Source: Eledone cirrhosa
Lineage: Eukaryota
NCBI GenBank assembly: GCA_964016885.1
Contig: CAXHJY010000109.1
Span: 186,001 to 250,000 of the forward strand
DNA length: 64,000 nt
Direction: 5' to 3'
Shown here piece after piece: positions 38,943 to 52,357 of the stretch (the stretch's first letter is position 1; every line of letters starts with the position of its first letter). Below the pieces are notes generated by a model. That model saw nothing but the letters and a program-made list of their open reading frames with translations. It did no database searches and was not told the origin of the DNA. The position numbers and the translations under genes are program-made.

Positions 38943-39136
38943 AAAGTTAAACAAGGTTCAATGAATACATCAAAGAATAAGTTTTACAATAGATTGGAAG
39001 CACTCAACAGCAAAAAGGTTTTCCAGAGTTATTAATATTAATTCAAAATATTAACAAAAGTACCTCTGAAATATGTATAATAAAATATAATTGATCACAA
39101 GAATATCTATTTTGTTAATATTTTGAATTAATATTA
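38939..39136. mobile_element. Family E insert with internal inversion (contains 3' half of hammerhead)
   Basis: Left part matches 10703 and 11976; right part GTACCTCT-GAAA-TATGTA-TA-ATAAAAT; AATATTAATTCAAAATATTAACAAAA is present in both orientations. Confidence 0.8.
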
Positions 39137-39451
39137 TATATATATATATATATAAACAGGCTTCTGCATATATATACATACATACATAAGTATAATGTGT
39201 GTGTCTATATATATATGTGTGTGTGTGAATGTATACTATGAGTATATATATAGATATATATGTATATATGTATATATATGTATATATATATATATGTATA
39301 TATATGTATGAATGTATATGTATATATATATATATGTGTGTGTGTGTGTGAATGTATGTGTTTATAGGTAGTGTGTGCGTGTTGGTGTCCTATTAGATTG
39401 CAGTTTGATAAAACAAAATACCAGATTTAAAAAACTAAGTCCCTTCAAGAC

Positions 39452-39502
<51 letters not shown>

Positions 39503-39579
39503 GACCTGTATATATATATATATATATATACACACACAGACCTGTATATATATATATATATATACATACACACACAGAC

Positions 39580-39619
<40 letters not shown>

Positions 39620-39672
39620 CTGTATATATATATATATATACATACACACACAGACCTGTACATATATATATA

Positions 39673-39712
<40 letters not shown>

Positions 39713-39760
39713 CACACACAGACCTGTATATATATATATATATATATACATACACACACA

Positions 39761-39804
<44 letters not shown>

Positions 39805-40004
39805 TGCACACACATATATAAATATATACACACAGAGATACAGTGTGTGGTGATCATTATATCTGTATGTAATTAGTAGGAAAGCGTTCCTCTTGTGTTG
39901 AATTTGGCTATGTAGTTAATTAAAATATATATATAATGGCTGTGTTGCTAGCTTTAATGAGTTAGAGAGATAGCAGGTGGTGGCGGTGGAACTGGGTGGG
40001 GGGG

Positions 40005-40830
40005 GGATATAGGGAGAGGGGGTAGCTAGAACTGGGAGAGAGGGATGGATAGAGTGAGAGGGGTAATATATATAGAGAGAGGGTAGCTAGAACTGGGAGA
40101 GAGGGGTGGATATAGAGAGAGGGTGGGTAATATATATATATAGAGAGGGTAGCTAGAACTGGGAGAGAGGGATGGATATAGAGAGAGGAGGGGTAATATA
40201 TATATAGAGAGAGGGTAGCTAGAACTGGGAGAGAGGGATGGATATAGAGAGAGGGTGGGTAATATATATATAGAGGGGATAGTTAGAACTGGGAGAGAGG
40301 GATGGATATAGAGAGAGGAGGGGTAATATATATAGAGAGAGGGTAGCTAGAACTGGGAGAGAGGGATGGATATAGAGAGAGGGTGGGTAATATATATATA
40401 TATAGAGGGTAGCTAGAACTGGGAGAGAGGGATGGATATAGAGAGAGGGTAGCTAGAACTGGGAGAGAGGGTGGGTAATATATATAGAGAGGGGGTAGCT
40501 AGAACTGGGAGAGAGGGATGGATATAGAGAGAGGGTGGGTAATATATATAGAGAGGGGGTAGCTAGAACTGGGAGAGAGGGGTGGGTATATATATATAGA
40601 GAGAGAGAGAGAGGGGGGTGGATATATATACAGGAGGGGTAATATATAGAGAGAGAGGGTAGCTAGAACTTAAGGGAGAGAGGTATAGATATAGAGAGAG
40701 GGAGCTAGATGTATATATATATATATAGAGAGAGAGAGAGGGGTAGATATAGAGAGTGGGGGTAACGTAGTTAGAACTAGAGAAGAGAGGGGTAGATAGA
40801 CAGATAGAGGGGGTAGCTAGAACCGGATAG
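40005..40830. repeat. Variable purine-rich tandem repeat (GGGTAGCTAGAACTGGGAGAGAGGGATGGATATAGA core)
   Basis: More than 10 occurrences of the core. Confidence 0.9.
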
Positions 40831-41174
40831 GGAGTGTAGGTATATATATATATAGAGAGAGAGAGGGGGGGGAGTATGTATGACTAGACAGAGAGGTAGG
40901 TAGAGGGAGATTGGTAGTTACAGTTAGAGGGGGGGGGTATATATAATTAGATAGAGAGAGAGAGGGTGGAGTGGAGGGATGAGGTAACAGCTGGGTAACT
41001 ATTAGTTCTAATTATCCTTCTTTCTATCTATCGATATGTATATATATATGTTCTCGCCCTTCCTCTCCTCTCTCTCTCATATATATGTTCTCCCCCTCCC
41101 CCCTCTCTCTCTCTCTCTCTCTCATATATATGTATTTCTCTATTTCTTATGCATGTGTATCTATCTATCTCTAT

Positions 41175-41218
<44 letters not shown>

Positions 41219-41263
41219 CTGTCTCTCTCTCTCTCTATCTCTGTCTGTCTCTCTCTCTATCTA

Positions 41264-41294
<31 letters not shown>

Positions 41295-41387
41295 CTATCT
41301 CTCTCTATCTATCTATCTATCTCTGTCTCTTACTATCTCTCTCTCTATATATATATCTATCTCTATCTCTCTCTCTATCTATCTATA

Positions 41388-41418
<31 letters not shown>

Positions 41419-41938
41419 CTCTCTCTATATATATCTCTCTCTCTATATATATCTCTCTCTATATATATATATATCTCTCTCTATCTATCTATCTATCTCT
41501 GTCTCTATATATATCTATCTATCTCTCTCTCTATCTATCTATCTCTATCTCTCTATATATATCTATCTATCTATCTCTATCTACAGTTAAGAGATTGGTC
41601 AGAACTTGCTGGATAGAAAGAAAGGAAAGAAGGGACATAATATATTAACTGCATTGGATTTCACATTTATCGTAGAGATAGAGAGGGGTGATGGTGTAGA
41701 GAGAGAGGGAGATGGAGAGAGAGAGAGAGGTGGAGAAAGATTGGTGATGGTAGAGAGAGAGAGAAAGAATGAAAGAAAGAGAGAGGGAGATAGCAGAGAT
41801 TCCTTCTAACCCCAAGTTATCTTTTAATGAGTTGACGTCTGTAGAAACACATATATACACACACATATATATACACACATACATGTGTATACACTCACAG
41901 ATGCACATGTGCACACAGGCATATATATATATAAATAT

Positions 41939-41971
<33 letters not shown>

Positions 41972-42550
41972 ATAGGCGTATGTGTGTACACAATAATAAT
42001 AATAAGACAAAGAAACTAGAAACTATCCAATTAACTTAAAAATAATAGGTTAGAAGTAAGAGTTCATACATAGGTCTTTTGGTGCAGCATTTACTGGTAG
42101 GGCTGGGTGGGTGGTTTGTGTATGGCTCTGTGTGTGTGGCCTTGAGGTATGTGTGTGTGTGTGTGTTTGTCTTATTTTTGTGTGTGTCTACGGCTTATAT
42201 ATATATATGTGTGTGTGTGTGTGTATCTGTCTGTCTGTGTCTATAGTCTTTATGTATATAACTGTAGACTGTGGTCGGTATTAAGGAGGGCATCCAACTG
42301 TAGAAACAGGGGCCCAATGGAAGAAATAGTGTACACTCTCAGATGATCTGTTTACTTACCTCTCTCTCTCTCTCTCTTTCACACACATACATACATACAT
42401 ACACACACATATAAAATGGTCGTTATGGAGGCCTCTACTGAGCAGACGGGTAAATCTCCGGGTAACAAATACCCGTGACAGTAGGAATCCATCTTCCAAA
42501 ACGACCATTTTTCATATTCCACAATGCTTCAAGCAAACTTTAAACACCCT

Positions 42551-42623
<73 letters not shown>

Positions 42624-42625
<2 letters not shown>

Positions 42626-42825
42626 CGAAGGAAATGTGGTAAGGAACCAGATGGACCATATAACGCAGCAAAATACTCAATACTTAGGGTAGTAGAGTGG
42701 GTAATAGGAACAAGTATGACCCCGACGGCAGAGCTCAAGCCAGATTTACCAGGCTAAAAATTCTTATTTAGTCCAGAATTAGCCGTCGAAACGGCTTGAG
42801 CTCTGCCGTCGGGGTCATACTTGTT

Positions 42826-42830
<5 letters not shown>
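42624..42830. mobile_element. Family C insert with asymmetric fold-back
   Basis: Left arm ends CTCAAGCC at 42741; right arm starts AGGCTAAAAATTCTTATTTAGTCCAGAATTAGCC. Confidence 0.85.
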
Positions 42831-42901
<71 letters not shown>

Positions 42902-43427
42902 TGTTTAAGTTTGTCCCAGCCCACTCTCTCATCCTCACCACCACCACTTTGTTGCTGTGGAGTTACAATACAATATAACCCCCTGTCTTACCATCCAATC
43001 ATGCCCACCCTTCCCTAACCAGATAATCTTCTCATGTTACCTATTAGGGGAGAATTCTTGCTCCTAAAACATCACATACACCACCCCACCATACACCACT
43101 CCTCCCCACCCCACCAGATTGTACCATTCTACCTTACAATGCCACCCTTCTGTTTACACGGGTGTATATGTATATATATATATGTGTGTGTGTGTGTATT
43201 GACATGTGTATATGCGTCTCTCACACATCCTCTGTTCATTATCAACAACTTCATCACACACTACCAAGCTACTCCCCTCTCCCTTTCCACACACATATAT
43301 GGGGGAGGGGGGTATACTCTATTTATTCACTTGCTATATATAGTTATCTGTAGTGTGGTAACTATATTTTCAAATCCCACAACGCTTTATTAATCAACCC
43401 AATATTGTATATATATATATAGTAATA

Positions 43428-43619
43428 ATTGTTTCTACGTTAGGCACAAGGCCAGCAATTATCCCAGTGTATTACTGGTACTTTATTTTATCGACCCCGT
43501 AAGGATAAAAAGGCAAAGTTAACCTCGGCGTGATTTGAACTCAGATTGGAAAGGGCCGTAACTCTATGCGTCAAAGCATGGTGTCCAACCCTCTACCGAT
43601 ACTGCCAATCCACCGCCCT
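43428..43619 (-). mobile_element. SINE family B
   Basis: Family motifs. Confidence 0.9.
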
Positions 43620-43929
43620 TAATAATAATAATAATAATAATAAATTTGAAGACTAAAATCCAAAGAGGGCTCGATAAGGATAAATATATATCAAATATAT
43701 AAGAACCGTAGAGCAAATATTTATTAAAATAACAGATTAAAGTTTAAGCAAAGAATCGCTGGTTTCACCCTTAACGGGATCTTCTGAAACTAACAAAGTC
43801 AATCTGTGAACGCAGCAGTGAATATTTCAAAAAACGTTGCAACCTGAGGAAGACAGGAAGACGATACTTTGGTTCGTGGAAACGTTCCCTGGCAAAGAAC
43901 GGGAAAAAACGAATATAATACGCCATTAT

Positions 43930-44053
43930 TTACGATCTGAGTTCAAATCCCGCCGAGGTTGACTTTGCCTTTCATCCTTACGGGGTCGATAAAATAAAGT
44001 ACCAGTAATGCACTGGGTAATTGCTGGCCCTGTGCCTCAAGTAGAAACAATTA
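43930..44053 (+). mobile_element. 5'-truncated SINE family B
   Basis: Family motifs from the B-box onward. Confidence 0.85.
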
Positions 44054-44151
44054 TTTGGAGCGGTGAAAAACAATAACACGCGAAGCAGCGATTCTTTGCT
44101 TAAACTTTAATCTGTTATTTTAATAAATATATATATATATATATATATATA

Positions 44152-44320
44152 GTTATACTTTGGGAGTGTCATGTTGCCAATAAAACACACGCACCTTAGG
44201 CTTCACTTCATTATAAGTTTCCGGTTGGTTCGATAAGCGGAACGATTATATATTGTCAAAGCTCTTTCGTCACACATTCTGTGAACTAGGTTTTTATTGT
44301 GTTCTATCCTACGCCATCTT
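44152..44320 (-). mobile_element. Deleted 3' fragment of the second PLE family
   Basis: GTTATACTTTGGGAGTGTCATGTTGCCAATAAAACACACGCACC...CTTTCGTCACACATTCTGTGA...TTCTATCCTACGCCAT matches 3730-3980. Confidence 0.8.
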
Positions 44321-44324
44321 GATA

Positions 44325-44760
44325 CTAGCTGAGCAGCTCGTCGTTGCCAGGCAATCACAATAGTACGTCTTTATTTCCAATATTTTTAATTCCATGTCAG
44401 ACCATGTCTCTCCCGAAGTATAGCCAGCCTCCTTGATGAGGAAGGATTTCTTTATTAATTGGGTCAATTTATAATGTTTATATAAAGAATGCTGTTCTTC
44501 CATCTGGTGCATAGATGTAAAGACTTCTCTGACTTCCTACTCTTGGAACATCCAACTTAAAGCTGACCACCGGTGAGGCAGGGCACTCCAAAGTGCGAAC
44601 CGGCAACAAAAACTGTTTGTGCTTCTGATTTGTTGATGGTCATGGCAAAACTACGACTCACTGGAAATTGAAGTCGTTTGACTTAAAATGAGTCATCAGT
44701 GTGGTAACAGGAATTCATGGAACGAAGACATTCTCTCTCGTATCACATCCTAATGAAATG
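44325..44760 (-). mobile_element. Helitron 3' fragment: decayed PIF1-like helicase C-terminus + 3' hairpin + CTAG terminus
   Basis: Minus strand encodes KRLQFPVSRSFAMTINKSEAQT...PCLTGGQL*VGCS and SLYIYAPDGRT (cf. Helitron RxQFPVxxxFAMTINKSQGQT...HGQLYVxxSRV); ends GCCTGGCAACGACGAGCTGCTCAG-CTAG|T. Confidence 0.85.
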
Positions 44761-44805
44761 GTGTCTATATACAGAGAGAGAGAGAGAGAGAAGGGTAAAA
44801 GACAG

Positions 44806-44850
<45 letters not shown>

Positions 44851-44862
44851 AGGGTAAAAGAC

Positions 44863-44918
<56 letters not shown>

Positions 44919-45559
44919 GTATTCTGACAGTTGTGGATTCTAATGATATTCAATATTGGTGATCTTGAAGTTGATTTATATCTCGTAACAATTACATTTT
45001 TTTTTATAACTAACAACCCCTAACACATTCTCCCTGGGACGAAGAGTTCGGAAATAAAAATCGTTTTTCTGTCGGTTGCACCCTTTCGGAGCCTTTGGAA
45101 GGCATACACACATACATTCTTTCATCTACAGTACACACAGACACACGCACACGCGCACACACACACACACTCACGTTCTCTCTCTTCTCTCTCTCTCCCT
45201 TCCCTCTTTCTTCTCTCTCTCTCCCTTCCCTCTTTCTTCTCTCTCTCTCCCTTCCCTCTTTCTTTCTCTCTCCTTTCCCTGCTCCTTTCTCTCTCCTTTC
45301 CCTCCTCCTTTCCCTCTCCTTTCCCTCCTCCTTCCCTCTCCTTTCCCTCCTCCTTCCCTCTCCTTTCCCTGTTCCTTTCTCTCTCCTTTCCCTCCTCCTT
45401 TCTCTCTCCTTTCCCTCCTTCTTTCTCTCTCTCCCTTCCCTCCCCATTCCACCCCAACCATATATGTAATGCAATATGCTGTTATCTTTATTTTCTTCTA
45501 CACCCATCTACTAAGCTTTACATTTTCTTCCTTTGTGGCATATATACATATATATATAT

Positions 45560-45870
45560 ATTGTACACTCATGGGTGTACATACACTCGTACGGGTCTAT
45601 ATACACTCGTACAGGTCTATGTATACACACACTGGTTTATATATACACGCACATGGGTTTATATATACACGTCCTTAGGTTTATATATATATATACATTG
45701 TACACTCATGGGGTGTATATACACTCGTACGGGTGTACATACACTCGTACGGATGTACATACACTCGTACGGGTCTATATACACTCGTACAGGTCTATGT
45801 ATACACACATACAGGTCTATACACGCACATGGGTTTATATATACACGTCCTTAGGTTTATATATATATAT
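45560..45870. repeat. Nested tandem repeat (20-bp ATACACTCGTACGGGTCTAT inside an approximately 140-180 bp duplication)
   Basis: Direct inspection. Confidence 0.8.
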
Positions 45871-46667
45871 ATACACACAGGTTTATATATAGACGCATTC
45901 AAGTCTATATAAATAAACACTCAGGTCTATATACACCAGGCACCGGTCATATGTTCGGGTCTGTTGAATAAACTGTCATTTAAATATTTGTGGTCCTGGT
46001 CCATTCTTAGCAATTGACTCTTCAGTGTGTGTGTGTGTACATTTGTGTGTACGTGTGTGTGTGTGTGTACATCTGTATGTACTTGTGTGTGTGTTCTACC
46101 AATACCACCACACCACCACCACCATCACCAACACCACCACCATCACCACACCATCATCACCACACCACCACCATCATCACCACCACCAACACCACCAACA
46201 CCACCACACCAACACCACACCACCACCACACCAACACCACCACCATCATCACCACCACACCACCACCATCACCACCAACACCACACCAACACCACACCAC
46301 CACCCCAACACCAACACCACCACCACACCAAACCACCAACACCACACCACCACCATCACCACCAACACCACCACCATCACCACCAACACCACCACACCAC
46401 CACCACACCACCACCACCACCACCACCATCATCACCACCACCACACCAACACCACCACCACCACCACTTTCGTATCACATCTGTATATTTAATTAATATC
46501 AAGGCTACAATTGTCAACTAACCACCTGTTGTAGTGAAATCATACATTACTGGTAGAGGTGGTGGTGGTGGTGGTGGTGGTATTATAGTTAAATCATGTG
46601 GTTGTTGTTGCTGTGGTGGTAGTGGTGTCGTAATTAAATCGTACGTCGTTTGGGGTGGTGGAGTTGC

Positions 46668-47320
46668 TACTGACCACTATATCTCGTCTATAGAGCTATA
46701 GTCCAGGCAACTGACCACTATATCCCGTCTATAGGACTATAGTCCAGGCAACTGACCACTATATCTCGTCTATAGGACTATAGTCCAGGCAACTGACCAC
46801 TATATACCGTCTATAGGACTATAGTCCAGGCAACTGACCACTATATCTCGTCTATAGGAATATAGTCCAGGCAACTGACCACTATATCTCGTCTATAGGA
46901 ATATAGTCCAGGCAACTAACCACTATATCCCGTCTATAGGAATATAGTCCAGGCAACTGACCACTATATCTCGTCTATAGGAATATAGTCCAGGCAACTG
47001 ACCACTATATCCCGTCTATAGGAATATAGTCCAGGCAACTGACCACTATATCTCGTCTATAGGAATATAGTCCAGGCAACTGACCACTATATCCCGTCTA
47101 TAGGACTATAGTCCAGGCAACTGACCACTATATCTCGTCTATAGGAATATAGTCCAGGCAACTGACCACTATATACCGTCTATAGGACTATAGTCCAGGC
47201 AACTGACCTCTATATCCCGTCTATAGGACCTGACCACTATATCCCGTCTATATGACTATAGTCCTGGCCATTATATCCTGTCTATAGGACCTGACCACTA
47301 TATATACCGGCTACAGGACT
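46668..47320. repeat. 41-bp minisatellite CTGACCACTATATCCCGTCTATAGGACTATAGTCCAGGCAA, about 15 copies
   Basis: Period 41; contains the palindrome GGACTATAGTCC. Confidence 0.95.
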
Positions 47321-47421
47321 ATTATACACAATTTTAAAGCTATTGTTTATAGCAGTTGACTCTAGTTACACCTCTTTTCTGCGTTTGGGATTCCTACATT
47401 TTCTACACAAGTATATATATA

Positions 47422-47498
47422 CAGGGTGTCTCAAAAATGTATGCACTCTTTTATTAGAATCCTTTTCAAGTGTGTATACATTTTTGGGGGACACCCTG
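47422..47498. mobile_element. Tc1/mariner-type mini-MITE
   Basis: TA|CAGGGTGTCTCAAAAATGTATGCAC ... GTGTATACATTTTTGGGGGACACCCTG; a half copy lies at about 60435-60465. Confidence 0.75.
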
Positions 47499-47565
47499 TG
47501 TGTGAATGTATATATATACATATCCATAATTAAACTGTGTTGTGAATACATGTATGTATATGTGT

Positions 47566-47610
<45 letters not shown>

Positions 47611-47694
47611 CGTGTAATTGTACAAATATCTCACTCTCACTGCCACCTCCCATGTTGAAATCATGTTCATATATACATATATATATCTATATAT

Positions 47695-47730
<36 letters not shown>

Positions 47731-48479
47731 TTGTGAGTATGTGTGTGTGTGTGTATGTATGTATATGTGTGTTTGTGTGTCTCTATATATATATATATAT
47801 ATACATATATATAATTGAACCAGTCTTCACCACCACCAATATTACCACCTACCATGTTGAAATGTGTCTATGTAATTGAACCTATCCCCACCATCACTAT
47901 TATCACCACCCCCCCTACCAACACCAACACCACTATACCCCCCACCACCACTATACCTCCATCACCACCACTATAACCCCACCACCACCATACCCCCACC
48001 ATCACCACCACTATACCCCCACCATCACCACCACCACTATACCCCCACCATCACCACCACCACTATACCCCACCATACCCCCACTACCACCACCACCACC
48101 ACCACCACTATACCCCATCATCACCACCACCATACCCCCACTACCACCACCACCACCACTATACCCCCACTATCCCCACACCACCACCACCACCACCACC
48201 CACCACTATATTAGAATCACCACCACTATACCCCACCATACCCCCACTACCACCACCACCCACCACTATACCCCCCCACCACCACCACCATCACCCCACC
48301 ACCACCACTATACCACCACCACCACCACCATCACCCCACCACCACCACTATACCACCACCACCACTATCACCACCTTCCATGTTTAAATCATATTTCTTC
48401 AATCTAATTATCTTCTCTAACATTTAATCCGTTTCTCTTCTGTCCCCTCTGCCGTCCACCTGACTACACCACCCCCGCC

Positions 48480-48572
<93 letters not shown>

Positions 48573-48710
48573 CTCTCTCTCCTCTCTCTCTCCTCTCTCT
48601 CTCTCTCTCCTGTCTCCACCTCTCTCTCCTCTGTCTCCACCTCTCTCTCCTCTGTCTCCACCTCTCTTTCTCTCTCCACATCTCTCTCTCTCTCTTTCTC
48701 TCTCTCCCTC

Positions 48711-48782
<72 letters not shown>

Positions 48783-49079
48783 CTCTCTCTGTCTGTACAA
48801 ATACATCCTCCATCTTCCCACCACTAACCCCACCCCACTGCACCACCACTAACACCACCACCACTAACCTCACCAGCCCCACCACCACTAACCCCACCCC
48901 ACTGCACCACCACTAACCCCACCCCACTGCACCACCACTAACCCCACTACACCACCACCATCACCACTATCCACTAAATGTTATAATTAATTAAACAGTA
49001 TCTTGATAACTTCAGCTGCTGTCCATTCTGTAGTGAGTTTATTATACACATACATGTGTATATATAGATATAGATAGAT

Positions 49080-49131
<52 letters not shown>

Positions 49132-49267
49132 GTGTGTGTGTGTAAATATATATACACACACATATATTGCACCATTCTGCCCCTCCTGTGTGTGTGTGTA
49201 TATATATATATATATAATATATATATGTGTGTGTATATACACATATATTGCACCATTCTGTCCCTCC

Positions 49268-49320
<53 letters not shown>

Positions 49321-49353
49321 ATATATACACATATATTGCACCATTCTGTCCCT

Positions 49354-49393
<40 letters not shown>

Positions 49394-49395
<2 letters not shown>

Positions 49396-49545
49396 GGAAC
49401 AAGTAAGACCCCGACGGCTGAGCTCAAGCCGTTTCGACGGCTAATTCTGGACTCAGCCGTCGGGGTCTTACTTGTTCCTACTACCCTAAGTATTAAGTAC
49501 TTTGCTGCGTTATGGTCCACCTGGTTCCTTACCACATTTCCTTCG

Positions 49546-49595
<50 letters not shown>

Positions 49596-49713
49596 CGAAG
49601 CAAATGTGGTAAGGAACCAGGTGGACCATAACGCACCAAAGTACTCAATACTTTTTTAGTCCAGTATTAGCCGTCGAAACGGCTTGAGCGCAGCCGTCGG
49701 GGTCCTACTCGTT

Positions 49714-49717
<4 letters not shown>
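49394..49717. mobile_element. Two family C inserts tail-to-tail around one (TA)n, each with an inversion
   Basis: 49394-49547 and 49594-49717. Confidence 0.85.
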
Positions 49718-49790
<73 letters not shown>

Positions 49791-49832
49791 ATATACACGT
49801 ATTGCACCATTCGTTCCCTTGTGTGTGTGTGT

Positions 49833-50016
49833 TGTTTCTACATTTGGCACAAGGCCAACAATAAACCCCAGTACATTACTGGTACTTTATTTTATCGACT
49901 CCGTAAGGATGAAAGGCAAAGTTAACCTCGGCGGGATTTGAACTAAGTTCGTAAAGGGACGTAACTCTATGCTGGAAAGCATGGCGTCCGACGCTCTTCC
50001 GATACTGGAAATCCAC
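49833..50016 (-). mobile_element. SINE family B
   Basis: Family motifs. Confidence 0.88.
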
Positions 50017-50087
50017 AATGGAAGTAAAATATAGCTGTGAAGATAACTATATCGTACAAGGTTACTCTGACAGTCTTTCTCTCTCTG

Positions 50088-50461
50088 ACACACACACACA
50101 CACACACAGGTACAACACATACACACACACACACACAGGTACAACACAGGCAGAACACATACACACACACACAGGCACAACACATACACACACACACACA
50201 CAGGTACAACACATACACACACACACAGGTACAACACATACACACACAGGCAGAACACATACACACACAGGCACAACACATACACACACACACACACACA
50301 GGCACAACACATACACACACACACAGGCACAACACATACACACACACACAGGCACAACACATACACACACACACAGGCACAACACATACACACACACACA
50401 CACAGGTACAACACATACACACACAGGCACAACACATACACACCCACATAGGCACAGGTAC

Positions 50462-50498
<37 letters not shown>

Positions 50499-50870
50499 AC
50501 AACACATACACAGGCACAACACATATACACACACACACACAGGCACAACACACACACACAGGTACAACACACACACACACAAGCACAACACAGTTTCTCT
50601 AACACCCACACCGGTAACACACCCACCCTACCACGTATACCCACCCCACCACAGGTATACCCACCCCACCACGTATACCCACCCCCCAGGTATACCCACC
50701 CACCCCCAGGTATACCCACCCCACCACAGGTATACCCACCCTACCACGTATACCCACCCCCCAGGTATACCCACCCCACCACAGGTATACCCACCCTACC
50801 ACGTATACCCACCCCCCAGGTATACCCACCCCACCACAGGTATACCCACCCCACCAGGTATACCCACCCC
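50088..50870. repeat. (CA)n-based repeat (CAGGYACAACACATA core) followed by 17-22 bp GTATACCCACCCC repeat
   Basis: Direct inspection. Confidence 0.88.
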
Positions 50871-51210
50871 ATTAATAAATCTTAACCTAACCAACTCTCC
50901 CTATAAAAATGTATTTATTTATTTTTTATTTTAACCTACATTTCTCACATATATATATATATACATGCACACACACACACACACACCTTACACCACACAC
51001 ACACACACCTTACACCACACACACACACACACACACCTTACACCACACACACACCTTGCACCACACACACACACACACCTTACACCACACACACACACAC
51101 ACCTTACACCACACACACACCTTACACCACACGCGCACACACATATATATATATGCGCACACACACATGTACATATACACACCTTACACCACACCCATAC
51201 TACTTCATTT

Positions 51211-51248
<38 letters not shown>

Positions 51249-52357
51249 GTACCTTAGACCTACACACGCTACCACCCCAGTCTCTCCCCCCCCCCCCCCA
51301 TTAAAACTATCACAGTAATCTCAACTATGATTCAGTTTATTCCATCCAACTCTTATTCAGTCATTCCGCCATTCTCCTTTCTCCCCCCCGCCCCCCTTCT
51401 CTCTTTCTCTCTGGTTCTTACTCTCTCTCCACGTAAACATTTCCCCCTCTCTCTACTCTCCTACTCTTTCTATATTCTCTCCATCACGCAAACTACTCCC
51501 CCTCTCTCTACTCTCATACTCTTTCTATATTCTCTCCATCACGCAAACTACTCTCCCTCTCTCTACTCTCCTACTCTTTCTATCTCTCTCCATCACGTAA
51601 ACTACTCTCCTACCCTTTCTATCTCCCCCCATCACGTAAACTACTCCCCCTCTCTCTACTTTCCTACTCTTTCTATCTCTCTACTTTCCTACTCTTTCTA
51701 TCTCTCTCTCTCTCTACTCTCCTACTCTTTCTATCTCTCTCCACTCTCCTACTTTCTATCTCTCTCCATCACGCAAACTACTCCCCCTCTCTCTACTATT
51801 TTACCCTCTCTTTCTATCCCTTTCCATATCACACTCCTCTACAAACTTTTTCCTCTCTCTACACATTCTCCCTTTCTTTCCTCGATCCTCTCCTCCCCCA
51901 CCTCCCACTCTACCTCCTCCCCCTCTACTATATCTCTCTCACCTCCCCCTCTACTATATCTCCAACGCTATCCTTCCCCTCTGACCCCCCCCCCCTTCTA
52001 CGCTCCCTCTCTATCCTCCCACCACCTCCCCACTCTACTATATCCCCCTCGCTATCCTCCCACCACCTCTCCATCTCCCCCTCGACCCTCCCACCACCTC
52101 CCCACTCTACTATAACCCCTCCCGCTTTATCCTCCCACCTCCCACCACCTTCTCCTCTACCATATCTCCTTCTCTAGCCTCCCACCACCTCGCCACTCTA
52201 CTACCCTCTCTACCCTCCCCACTCTACTACCCTCTCTATCCTCCCACCACCTCCCCCTCTACTATATCTCCCATTACATACAATCCTACCAAATAAACTG
52301 ATGTCCTGCAAATGACACTGTAACCTTTTACAACAGATACAATTAATTGTCTAGTTC

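Noticed and set aside
38480-39970. Short unique islands rich in TAAT/TGACA words as possible enhancers
   Set aside because: Such motifs are expected by chance in AT-rich DNA and cannot be supported without conservation data.
15792-47320. CRISPR-like appearance of 41-50 bp periodic, partly palindromic arrays
   Set aside because: No unique spacers, no cas genes, and a eukaryotic repeat context.
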